DNA from: Solirubrobacterales bacterium
GTDB lineage: Bacteria; Actinomycetota; Thermoleophilia; Solirubrobacterales; Solirubrobacteraceae
Assembly (NCBI GenBank): GCA_003133565.1
Contig: PKYB01000076.1
Coordinates: 10,093-74,092 of the forward strand
Reading direction: 5' to 3'
Length of the DNA: 64,000 nucleotides
Shown: positions 19,890-27,510 of the stretch, in pieces
How the letters are laid out: each line of letters starts with the position of its first letter
Numbering within the stretch: position 1 is the stretch's first letter
Position numbers and translations under genes: made by a program
Notes under the pieces: model-generated
The model's database searches: none
What the model was told of the DNA's origin: nothing
What the model saw: the letters and a program-made list of their open reading frames with translations, nothing else

Positions 19890-19956
19890 CGACCCATCCT
19901 CGCACGCTGCGAGAAGCGGCGTATCGAGCTTTTGCGTCGACCTTAGACTGTCGATC

Positions 19957-20340
19957 GTGGCGTTTCTGCACACCTGCTACCGCATCACCGATATCGAGCG
20001 CTCGCTCGCTTTTTACCGCGCGCTCGGCTTCGAGGAGACGCGTCGGGCGCCGATCCGCGACGAGGCGATCAACGTATTCCTCAACCAACCCGGCGACGGC
20101 GACGAGTCGCGGCTCGAGCTGACCTACAACTTCGGCGTCGAAAGCTACGAGCTCGGCAATGCCTACGGCCACATTGCGATCTCCTCCGTAGACCTCGATC
20201 AAACACTCGCAGAACTGGCAGCACTTGGCATCGAACCCGAGCGCCCCCCCTACACCGTGCGCGCAGGGGGCGCACGGCTGTGCTTCGTTCGAGACCCTGA
20301 CGGGTACCGAATAGAAGTAGTAGAACGGAAGCCGGAGTAG
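19957..20340 (+). CDS. gloA: Lactoylglutathione lyase / VOC-family glyoxalase I
   Basis: VAFLHTCYRITDIERSLAFYRALGFEE...GNAYGHIAI...CFVRDPDGYRIEVVERKPE. GTG start at 19957. Confidence 0.85.
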   Translation: MAFLHTCYRITDIERSLAFYRALGFEETRRAPIRDEAINVFLNQPGDGDESRLELTYNFGVESYELGNAYGHIAISSVDLDQTLAELAALGIEPERPPYTVRAGGARLCFVRDPDGYRIEVVERKPE

Positions 20341-20342
20341 CT

Positions 20343-20723
20343 ATGGGGGCCGCAGAGACTCAGGACGAGATCAAGCGGAACGCGCAGCCGCTCCTCCAGC
20401 CGGGCGAAGAAATCCAAGCCGCAATCCTCGCCCAGACGTTCAACTCGCTCGTGACGCTTCTCCTCGGGCCGGTAATCGTCTTCGGCAAGCCGTTTCGACC
20501 GATCGTGGTCACCAACCGGAGGATCCTCGTGTTCCGATCAGGCGGCTTCCGCATGACGAAGCTGTCCGCGGCGTCCGACGAGCTTCCTCGCAACACCCCC
20601 CTCGGACCAGCGTCCGGCCGCCGCTGGTATCGGACGACCGCACTTGGTCGACCGATTTACATCTTCCCGAGCTTCTACGGCGAGGTCGCAGCCGCCGATG
20701 CTGCGATCCAGGCGCCACCCTGA
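20343..20723 (+). CDS. Hypothetical 126-aa protein (cassette 1)
   Basis: The ATG lies 2 nt after the gloA stop. Sequence ...PIVVTNRRILVFRSGGF... Its TGA stop lies inside the second copy of the gloA 3-prime repeat. Confidence 0.5.
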   Translation: MGAAETQDEIKRNAQPLLQPGEEIQAAILAQTFNSLVTLLLGPVIVFGKPFRPIVVTNRRILVFRSGGFRMTKLSAASDELPRNTPLGPASGRRWYRTTALGRPIYIFPSFYGEVAAADAAIQAPP

Positions 20724-20760
20724 CGGGTACCGTGTGGAAATAGTAGAACGGTCCGCGTAG
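20716..20760 (+). repeat. gloA 3-prime-end repeat, copy B
   Basis: caccctgacgggtaccgtgtggaaatagtagaacgg matches gloA 20293-20328 at 31/36 positions. In its own frame it reads PDGYRVEIVERSA-stop. Confidence 0.85.
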
Positions 20761-20858
20761 GGGCTCGCGACCTCCGGCCCCCGGGGCGCCTCGGCGAGCG
20801 TGGGGCCCCGCGAATCGCTAGTTTGCGCACTAGGCAGGCTAACCAGAGGGGGAGTGTC

Positions 20859-21272
20859 ATGGGTGAGCAGAGTGTCGAGTTCCTGAAGGGCCTCTATGCG
20901 GCCTTTGGTCGAGGCGACGTGCCAGCCGTACTCGGCGGATGGGCGGACGACATCGAATGGAATGAGGCCGAGGGAATGCCCTATGGCGGCGTATACCGCG
21001 GCGGCGACGCGGTGGTGCAGAGCGTCTTTGGCCCGATCGCCACAGACGTGGAGGGTTTCGCGGTCACGCCCGAGGAGTTCGTCGGGTCCGGTGAGACCGT
21101 CGCCGTGGTCGTCCGCTACACCGGTACCGGCAAGGTGACCGGGAAGAGCCTGGACGTTCCCGTCGTGCACGTGTGGGATATCCGCGACGGCAAGATCACA
21201 CGCTTCCGACAGTTCATCGACACGGTGAGATTCGCGGAGGTTGTGCCAGCGGACGTCTCTGTCGCGGCGTAA
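20859..21272 (+). CDS. SnoaL-like / NTF2-fold protein (cassette 2)
   Basis: MGEQSVEFLKGLYAAFGRGDVPAVLGGWADDIEWNEAEG...VVHVWDIRDGKITRFRQFIDT. GGGGGAG lies upstream of ATG 20859. Confidence 0.8.
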   Translation: MGEQSVEFLKGLYAAFGRGDVPAVLGGWADDIEWNEAEGMPYGGVYRGGDAVVQSVFGPIATDVEGFAVTPEEFVGSGETVAVVVRYTGTGKVTGKSLDVPVVHVWDIRDGKITRFRQFIDTVRFAEVVPADVSVAA

Positions 21273-21285
21273 GAGCGACGGATCA

Positions 21286-21348
21286 ATGCCGGACCCTGAC
21301 GGCTATCGAATTGAGATCGTTGAGCGATCCGACGATGCGGGCCGCTAA
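21286..21348 (+). repeat. gloA 3-prime-end repeat, copy C (intact 20-codon mini-ORF MPDPDGYRIEIVERSDDAGR)
   Basis: The core 21292-21327 matches the gloA end at 27/36 positions. Eight of the 9 differences are at third codon positions. Confidence 0.8.
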
Positions 21349-21439
21349 GCCCGCGGTCGTTGCGAAAAATCACATGCGGGCGCGCAAGTCGGGTTATGCT
21401 CGCCTCCGCCGCCGTCCACTCCGTTCAGAGGGAGCACGT

Positions 21440-21842
21440 ATGTCGGTAGAGGAAAACGTCCAGACAGCGCAAGCAGGCTATGCAGCGTTCGGCCGCGGCG
21501 ATGTACCCGCGATTCTCGAGCTGCTCACAGACGACATCGAATGGATCGAGCCCGGCCCGCCGGACGTCATTCCGACCGCCGGAACGCATCGCGGCAAGGA
21601 AGAGGTGGGCAGGTTTCTTCGCCACTCTCGGCGAGGACGTGGAGTTTCACAAGTTCGAACCGCAGGAGTTCATTGCGCAGGGCGACCACCTGGTCGTGCT
21701 GATCTCTTCCGATGCCACACTGACGCGCACCGGCCGCAAGCTCACCGATCACGTGGCACACGTCTGGACCTTCAAGGGCGGCAAGGTCGCGCGTTTCGAG
21801 ATCTTCCAGGACACGGCCGCGATCGTCGCCGCCTACAGCTGA
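21440..21842 (+). pseudogene. SnoaL-like / NTF2-fold gene with +1 frameshift (cassette 3)
   Basis: The N-terminus MSVEENVQTAQAGYAAFGRGDVPAILELLTDDIEWIEPG...KEEVGRF is in one frame. The C-terminus FFATLGEDVEFHKFEPQEFIAQGDHLVVL...VWTFKGGKVARFEIFQDTAAIVAAYS is in the next frame. The switch is at the T run 21614-21616, and removing one T gives a 133-aa paralogue of cassette 2. Confidence 0.7.
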
Positions 21843-21866
21843 CGTGACATGACAGCTCGGACTGAC

Positions 21867-21927
21867 CCGCAGGGCGGTCCGCTGCTGTGCGTCAGGTCCA
21901 CGGCTACCGCGTGGAATGGTAGAAGCG
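21867..21927 (+). repeat. gloA 3-prime-end repeat, copy D (degenerate, about 60 nt)
   Basis: cgcagggcggtccgctgctgtgcgtcaggtccacggctaccgcgtggaatggtagaagcg aligns to gloA 20262-20328 (GGARLCFVRDPDGYRIEVVER) with small indels. Confidence 0.65.
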
Positions 21928-21986
21928 TCGAGCTACCGGCAGATTGGTCCGTGTACACGGACCCGGCCGGCGAGTAAAGCTCCCGT

Positions 21987-22280
21987 CTAGGCCGACGCCG
22001 TGTCGGGGTCCGGACGCACGATGACCGTGTCGGCAACGGCAATGATCTCGTCTACGGGCAGGTCTGCCCGCGAAGCGTGATCGCGGATCGCGGCCGGACT
22101 GCTCGCCTGGTAGATGCATACCGTCCCTACTGACCCGCCGTCCTCTTCCAGCACGTAGCTGCGAATCCAACGAATGTCGTCTGGCATCTCGTCGCCCACC
22201 TTCGTAGAGCGCTCAGCTGCCGCCTGCAGATCTTCGGGCGACCGCCAGCCGTTGCGTCGGAGAATCACGTAGGTGTTCAT
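21987..22280 (-). CDS. DUF4242-like small protein
   Basis: MNTYVILRRNGWRSPEDLQAAAERSTKVGDEMPDDIRWIRSYVLEEDGGSVGTVCIYQASSPAAIRDHASRADLPVDEI. GGGGAGAAGG lies directly upstream of the ATG. Confidence 0.7.
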   Translation of the reverse strand: MNTYVILRRNGWRSPEDLQAAAERSTKVGDEMPDDIRWIRSYVLEEDGGSVGTVCIYQASSPAAIRDHASRADLPVDEIIAVADTVIVRPDPDTASA

Positions 22281-22590
22281 CCTTCTCCCCTCGTTTGGCG
22301 CGGTTCGAAAGACTTTTATTCCAACAGGAGCCGGCGGTCAAGAGCACCAGCCATACGCGCCTCCGCCAGGTTTGATCCTGTCCGCGGCGGGTATCTAAAG
22401 GGCGGTGCCCCGCCGCCCGTGGCCGCGGCACACCACATCTTCGAGGGTGTACGCGAAAGGGAACGCGGATGGTTGACCGGGGTGCGGGTGTGTTTGAACC
22501 GTCACCTGGCCGGCTCGATGCTTGGCAGCCATAACTCAAGCGACCCGGGTCACTGAGACGTTCGTGATGAATCGGCTGCCGGCAGGGCGG

Positions 22591-23364
22591 CTAGGCCGCC
22601 TGCGGGCCTTGTGCATACATCAGCGAGCCGGGCGTGGTGAGCGTTTCCCCGGTTTCCAACAGCGTCTTTAGACCGGAGAGAATCATCGGCCAGCCGCCGT
22701 AGATCTGGGCGTTTGCTTGCTCGCTTAGCTCGTCGTGCGTGACGGTCAGCCGGCACGAGTCGCCGACCGGCTCGATCTCCCAGGTGACTCTCGAGGTCTT
22801 CTCGTGCTTGACGTCCTCGCCCCACAGCGCGTTGAAGCTCTGGACGAGGCGGTGCGGAGGATCGACCTCGAGGTTCACGCCCTCCATCATCGGCGAGCCG
22901 GCGGCGGGGTGAATGCCCTGGTAGGGCGAGCCCGGCGTCCATTCCGAGCTGACACCGACGCCAAACGTGTACTTCTGGCGCATCTCGCTGTCGGTAATCG
23001 CGTTCCAGAGGCGTTTGGGTGTCGTCTTGATGTAGATCTCAAATACCTTCTCCATGGGTTGCTCCTCAATTGTCAGCTTGAGCGCGCTGAGCGTCGCGGC
23101 CCAGGGCTCGGCGTACTTGCTCACCCACCTGTCGTAGACGAGCCGGATCGGGACGGGGTTCAGGAAGTGGAGCTTCTCGCGGCCGCGCTTCTTGGTGACC
23201 ACGAGACCTGCGTCCTCGAGCACACGTAGATGCTTCATAACGCCGAAGCGGGTCATCGGTAGGCGCTGTTCGAGCATGGTGAGCGTCTGTCCGTCCTGCT
23301 TGAACAACTCGTCGAGCAGGCCGCGGCGTGTGGGATCGGCAAGCGCCTTGAACACGTCGTCCAT
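22591..23364 (-). CDS. ArsR-family HTH regulator fused to an SRPBCC (AHSA1/START-like) domain
   Basis: MDDVFKALADPTRRGLLDELFKQDGQTLTMLEQRLPMTRFGVMKHLRVLEDAGLV, followed by an SRPBCC-like half. Start at ATG 23364. Confidence 0.85.
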   Translation of the reverse strand: MDDVFKALADPTRRGLLDELFKQDGQTLTMLEQRLPMTRFGVMKHLRVLEDAGLVVTKKRGREKLHFLNPVPIRLVYDRWVSKYAEPWAATLSALKLTIEEQPMEKVFEIYIKTTPKRLWNAITDSEMRQKYTFGVGVSSEWTPGSPYQGIHPAAGSPMMEGVNLEVDPPHRLVQSFNALWGEDVKHEKTSRVTWEIEPVGDSCRLTVTHDELSEQANAQIYGGWPMILSGLKTLLETGETLTTPGSLMYAQGPQAA

Positions 23365-23372
23365 ACCCCGAC

Positions 23373-23400
23373 GATATATGACGATATGGTCACGTGTCAA
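23373..23400 (-). promoter_or_regulatory. Candidate sigma-70-type promoter (TTGACA, 16 nt, TATATC) giving a leaderless or near-leaderless ArsR-SRPBCC mRNA
   Basis: The minus strand reads TTGACAcgtgaccatatcgtcaTATATCgtcggggtATG. It is overlapped by direct repeats GTGACCATAT x2 and ATATCGTC x2, in an AT-rich patch of a GC-rich genome. Confidence 0.45.
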
Positions 23401-23470
23401 TATGGTCACATGCGAAGCGGGCCCCGAACCTCCCCTTACCGCCACGGCGCCTTCGAGTAGACGCCGTCTC

Positions 23471-24043
23471 TCAGCCGTCTGAGGGGATGCCTTTTTGCAC
23501 CGACTCGACGTGCAGGTAGACGGGGCCACGACGCGAGCAGCCGCGGAACGGGAAGGGCACAACGCTCGACACGGTCTGATTCGGCGGATAGACGCGCAAT
23601 CCGGCCGCGGTCACCGGGCCGCACTGACGCGGCGAGAAGGCGCCTACATCGGTGATCCCGAGCACGGCGGTCGCGGTTGCGCCCGCCATGCTCGCCGAAG
23701 TGCCGCTGGCGAGCGTGACGACACGCACCGCATTTGCGGGGTTGCGCCCGGCCGCGCTGCCGAGCTGGGATCCGCTGAGGCTGACGCCTGAGACTCCGGG
23801 GTAGCCGGTGAGCGTGCAAGCGTGCGCGGAAAGATTCGTGAATTCAAGGTCGAAGTAGTCCGTGCCGGCCGTGCCTCCGCCTGGCGGGTTGGCCAGCCAG
23901 ATCACGAGCCCGGACTTCGCGCAGGCCGGCGTGCGAGCCGCGGCGACGGCGGTGAGCATTAGCGCCGCCAGGAGGACGCCAGCGCAGATAATCGCCGCCG
24001 CGCTGCCGATCAGTTGCCTCAACGAGAATGCCGGCCGGTACAT
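23471..24043 (-). CDS. Secreted/membrane-anchored DUF4232-like protein
   Basis: MYRPAFSLRQLIGSAAAIICAGVLLAALML...CAKSGLVIWLANPPGGGTAGTDYFDLEFTNLSAHACTLTGYPGVS. GGGGGAG lies upstream of ATG 24043. Confidence 0.7.
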   Translation of the reverse strand: MYRPAFSLRQLIGSAAAIICAGVLLAALMLTAVAAARTPACAKSGLVIWLANPPGGGTAGTDYFDLEFTNLSAHACTLTGYPGVSGVSLSGSQLGSAAGRNPANAVRVVTLASGTSASMAGATATAVLGITDVGAFSPRQCGPVTAAGLRVYPPNQTVSSVVPFPFRGCSRRGPVYLHVESVQKGIPSDG

Positions 24044-24119
24044 TCGCTCCCCCTCGCTCGCCTTGCGGTGATGACCCTCGGCGTAATATTGACTCCCCGA
24101 GAAGGTGCCCCGCGGCACC

Positions 24120-24449
24120 CTACCCCGCGAGACTGAACCCCGCCGCCGTCGGCTCACCGATGCCCGGCCCGCCGGGGTAGGCCGGAACGACGAGCGGCTC
24201 GCCAGTCGACACCGCGTCGGCGATCTCCGCCTCGATCCCAAAAGCCGAGCCGTCGCAGTCGATGCGAAAGCGCTTCGGCGCGACGCGATCGTCGGGCAGC
24301 ACCGGCACCCCCCACAGCTCATCCCAACCGAACAACTCGAAATTCCCGGGGTTCAGCAGGATCGCTCGCGGTGCGAGCGGGCAACTCTTCGCGTGATGAT
24401 CGAGTCCGCGCCGGATAAACGCGAGCATCTCGGCTTCGAGCGTGGCCAC
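24120..24449 (-). CDS. Hypothetical 109-aa protein, tightly coupled to the upstream ABC exporter
   Basis: The GTG start lies 4 nt after the exporter stop. Codon bias is good and no motif was recognised. Confidence 0.5.
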   Translation of the reverse strand: MATLEAEMLAFIRRGLDHHAKSCPLAPRAILLNPGNFELFGWDELWGVPVLPDDRVAPKRFRIDCDGSAFGIEAEIADAVSTGEPLVVPAYPGGPGIGEPTAAGFSLAG

Positions 24450-24453
24450 GCGC

Positions 24454-26328
24454 TCAATTTAGTGGTTCCGCAGCGCGGTCGTGGGCGACCAGCGCAGCGT
24501 AATACCCGGCGCGCTCAATCAGCTCGTCGTGGACTCCGCGTTCGACGATCTTTCCGTGATCGAGCACGACGATCTGGTCGGCATCCCGGACCGTGGAGAG
24601 CCGGTGGGCGATCGTGATCGTCGTGCGGCCCTCGGAGAGCTCGTCGAGCGCTTCCTGGACGGCGTGCTCGGTCTGGGTATCCAGCGAGCTCGTCGCCTCG
24701 TCGAGCAACAACACCGGCGGGTTGCGCAGGATCGTCCGGGCGATCGCCATGCGCTGCTTTTCGCCACCGGAGAAGCGGTAGCCGCGCTCACCCACGATCG
24801 TGTCATAGCCGGCCGCAAGCGAGACGATCAAGTCGTGGATGCGAGCCGTGCGCGCCGCTGCTTCGATCTCCTCATCGCTCGCATCCGGACGCGCGAAGCG
24901 GAGGTTCTCGCGAACCGAGGCGTGAAACAGGTAGGTCTCCTGAGAGACGACGCCCACGGTGGCCGCGAGCGAAGCAAAGCTCGCGTCGCGCACATCAACG
25001 CCATCGATCGTGACGCGGCCGACCTGTGGCTCGTAAAGGCGCGCGATCAAGTAGCCGAGCGTTGTCTTGCCGGCACCTGTCTCGCCGACAATCGCGGTGC
25101 GCGTGCCGGCGGGCACCACGAGGTCGATGTCATCGAGCGTCCACGGCGAGTCCTCGCCGTAGCGAAAGCCGACGTCCTCGAGGCGAACTTCACCGAGCAG
25201 CTCGTCGGGGCGGAGCTCGATCGGGTTCGCCTTCTCGACGATGTCCACCGGCAGGTCGAGGTACTCGAAGATCCGGTCAAACAGCGCGAGCGAGGCTTCG
25301 ACGTCCGTGCCCACCGACAGCAGTTGCGCCATCGGAAACAGCATCCGCGTCTGCAGCGTGGTGAAAGCGACGACCGTGCCGAGCGTGATCGCGTGCCCGG
25401 CAAAGTTCTCTCCCGCGAGCCAGTAGACGATCGCCGGCTGGATCGAGAACACCATGTTGATCGTCGCCATCAGCCAGCGGCCGGCCATCCGCGAATGGAC
25501 CTCGAGCCCGGCGACCTCGTCAGACTCGCCCGTGAAGCGGACCGCCAGATCATCGGCACGCCCCATCGTCTTGCCGAGCATCATGCCCGACACCGACAGT
25601 GATTCCGCGACGAGGGCCGAGATGTCGGCGAGCCCACGCTGGAGGCGCATCGTGATCGCGCGGCGCTCGCGCCCGACCCGCCTGGTCAGCCAGACGAAGA
25701 AAGGCAGCAGCGCGAGCGAAAAGATTGCAAGCTGCCAGCTGAGCAGCGCCATCGCCACGGTCGTCGCGATAACGGTCGTCGCGTTCTGCGCGATCGTCGT
25801 GGCCGTGCTCGTCGCGACGTTGTCGATCCCGCCAATGTCGTTGGCGATCCGGGACTGGACCTCACCGGCGCGGGTTCGCGTGAAGAACGCCAGCGACAGG
25901 CGCTGGAGGTGCCGATACACGGCGACGCGTAGGTCATGCATCACGCGCTGGCCGACCTCGGTCGAGATGTAGGTCTGCACGACGCTGAGCGCCGCGGTCG
26001 TGATCGCGATTGCGATCATCGCTCCGACGAGCTCGGTGAGCAGCGTGACGTTGTGCTTCAGGATCCCGTCGTCGAGGACGTCGCGCAGCAGGAACGGCGA
26101 GATCGCGGAAAGCCCCGAGGACAGCACGATCAGCGCGAGGACGACGCCGAGCCGCCAGCGGTAGGGCGCAAACAGCCGGAGAATGCGGTGCGAGTCGCGC
26201 TGGCGGTTGGGGTCGAGCAGCGGTGGCGGTGGCTCACTCGAACCGAGCACGCGCCGGCCGCCGCCGCCGTGGCCGCGGCCGCCGCCCATGCCACCCGTAC
26301 CGCCGCCCATAGCCGGGAACATGCTCAT
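24454..26328 (-). CDS. ABC exporter, fused permease/ATPase (MsbA/multidrug type)
   Basis: Six-TM region, then GETGAGKTTL (Walker A), FSGGEKQRMAIAR (signature) and VLLLDEATSSLD (Walker B). The N-terminus is Gly-rich. Confidence 0.9.
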   Translation of the reverse strand: MSMFPAMGGGTGGMGGGRGHGGGGRRVLGSSEPPPPLLDPNRQRDSHRILRLFAPYRWRLGVVLALIVLSSGLSAISPFLLRDVLDDGILKHNVTLLTELVGAMIAIAITTAALSVVQTYISTEVGQRVMHDLRVAVYRHLQRLSLAFFTRTRAGEVQSRIANDIGGIDNVATSTATTIAQNATTVIATTVAMALLSWQLAIFSLALLPFFVWLTRRVGRERRAITMRLQRGLADISALVAESLSVSGMMLGKTMGRADDLAVRFTGESDEVAGLEVHSRMAGRWLMATINMVFSIQPAIVYWLAGENFAGHAITLGTVVAFTTLQTRMLFPMAQLLSVGTDVEASLALFDRIFEYLDLPVDIVEKANPIELRPDELLGEVRLEDVGFRYGEDSPWTLDDIDLVVPAGTRTAIVGETGAGKTTLGYLIARLYEPQVGRVTIDGVDVRDASFASLAATVGVVSQETYLFHASVRENLRFARPDASDEEIEAAARTARIHDLIVSLAAGYDTIVGERGYRFSGGEKQRMAIARTILRNPPVLLLDEATSSLDTQTEHAVQEALDELSEGRTTITIAHRLSTVRDADQIVVLDHGKIVERGVHDELIERAGYYAALVAHDRAAEPLN

Positions 26329-26768
26329 CGGCCCGCCTCCAGGAGGCGCTCGAGGACGCCGAGCGCTTGATCGAGCGTACGGAGGTCAGACGCTTCGAGC
26401 GTGCTCAGCGCGCGTGCGAGGTAGGCACCCTGGCGGGTGCGGCTCTCGGCCAGCAGCACCCGTCCGCGGGCGGTCGCCGCAACGCGGTAGGAGCGCCCGT
26501 CCAGCGGGTCTGGGTCACGGTCGACCAGCCCGCGGTTTTCGAGGATCGCGACGAAGCGCGTCGCGGTCGGGCGCCTGACGTCCTCGATGTCGGCAAGCTC
26601 GCTCGGGGTCAGCGGCCCGCGCCGAGCGACGACCGCGAGCGCCGAGATCAGCGAAGGCGACAGTCCGCTCGCGGCGTGGCGACGCAGCCTGCGCGAGAGA
26701 CGCACAACGTTCGATCGCAGGCGGGCGGCGAGCTCGGTGGAGGTAACTGTTTCAGTCGTTGCGGGCAT
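26325..26768 (-). CDS. MarR-family transcriptional regulator
   Basis: Winged-helix region LTPSELADIEDVRRPTATRFVAILENRGLVDRDPDPLDGRSYRV. The stop overlaps the exporter start by 4 nt. Confidence 0.9.
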   Translation of the reverse strand: MPATTETVTSTELAARLRSNVVRLSRRLRRHAASGLSPSLISALAVVARRGPLTPSELADIEDVRRPTATRFVAILENRGLVDRDPDPLDGRSYRVAATARGRVLLAESRTRQGAYLARALSTLEASDLRTLDQALGVLERLLEAGR

Positions 26769-26783
26769 CGATCCTTGCCGATC

Positions 26784-26802
26784 TAGTTAGCTTTACTAAC
26801 TA
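26784..26802. promoter_or_regulatory. Palindromic operator candidate upstream of the MarR/ABC operon
   Basis: TAGTTAG cttta CTAACTA is a perfect 7-bp inverted repeat in an AT-rich spacer, 16 nt upstream of the MarR start. Confidence 0.45.
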
Positions 26803-26850
26803 TACCGGACGCGGACTCTTGCCTCTCGCGCGAACTCGACCATCTACCCT

Positions 26851-27510
26851 GTGCGCTCGATGCGGATCAGCCCGGGAATCATCGCGCGCGGCCCGTGGCA
26901 GCCGAGTCAGGTCGAGGCCCACTGGAGCGAGGCGGCGTATGACCCACCGGCGGCAGCGGCGCGTGCTGCCGACGCCGCAATCGCAGCCCTCGCCGCCCGC
27001 GGCTCACCCTCGCACGACGGCACCAGCGCGCGCCTCTTTGACTACGCGGCGAGTGCGACAACGCTCTCGCTTGAGCTGCAGCCGATCCGCTGGGCGCTCC
27101 GCCTTGACCCAGCCGACGCCCAGCAGAGCGTGGCGGCGATGTGCGTGGTGCGTTCGGCAGATGGGCGCTGGCTCGCCGGTCGGCGCGCCGCCTGGCTCGC
27201 CAGCTGGTCGGGGCGCTGGGCCCTGGGCGCCGGCGGTTCGGTCGAGGCGGGCGAGAACCCCGTCGACACGTTGGCCCGTGAACTAGCCGAGGAGTGGTCG
27301 GTGCAGGCCGAGCGGATGACGGTGGAAGCGCTCGTCTGCCTTCCGCATCGACTGATCCTGGTGGTCGGCATGGCGTGGCTGCGTGACGGCGCCACGGTGG
27401 TGCGCGATGCGGAGCACGACGACTACGCCTGGTGGCCGCCCGAGCCGCTCCGCTGGCCCGCGGAAGCCGACGGACCGGTGCGCCAGATGGGCACGATGCT
27501 CGCCCAGTGA
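26851..27510 (+). CDS. NUDIX hydrolase
   Basis: Nudix box GAGGSVEAGENPVDTLARELAEEWSV. Confidence 0.8.
   Translation: MRSMRISPGIIARGPWQPSQVEAHWSEAAYDPPAAAARAADAAIAALAARGSPSHDGTSARLFDYAASATTLSLELQPIRWALRLDPADAQQSVAAMCVVRSADGRWLAGRRAAWLASWSGRWALGAGGSVEAGENPVDTLARELAEEWSVQAERMTVEALVCLPHRLILVVGMAWLRDGATVVRDAEHDDYAWWPPEPLRWPAEADGPVRQMGTMLAQ

Noticed and set aside
20293-21927. Whether the gloA-end repeats are integron attC sites (a CALIN-type array).
   Set aside because: I found no paired R-double-prime/R-prime (RYYYAAC...GTTRRRY) cores or the imperfect palindromic attC architecture in the repeats, and no intI nearby. The repeats are direct copies of coding sequence.
22296-22312. A GGTTCGAA string resembling a tRNA T-loop.
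   Set aside because: There is no complementary T-stem, acceptor stem or anticodon arm in the flanks, so it is not a tRNA.
22281-22590. Cobalamin or TPP riboswitch in the long DUF4242 leader. Fragments such as GGGGTGC, TTGAACC, ACCTGGCC and CACTGAGAC caught the eye.
   Set aside because: The fragments occur on the plus strand, which is the wrong strand for the downstream gene. They are also in the wrong order relative to the B12-box and THI-element consensus, so there is no convincing match by eye.
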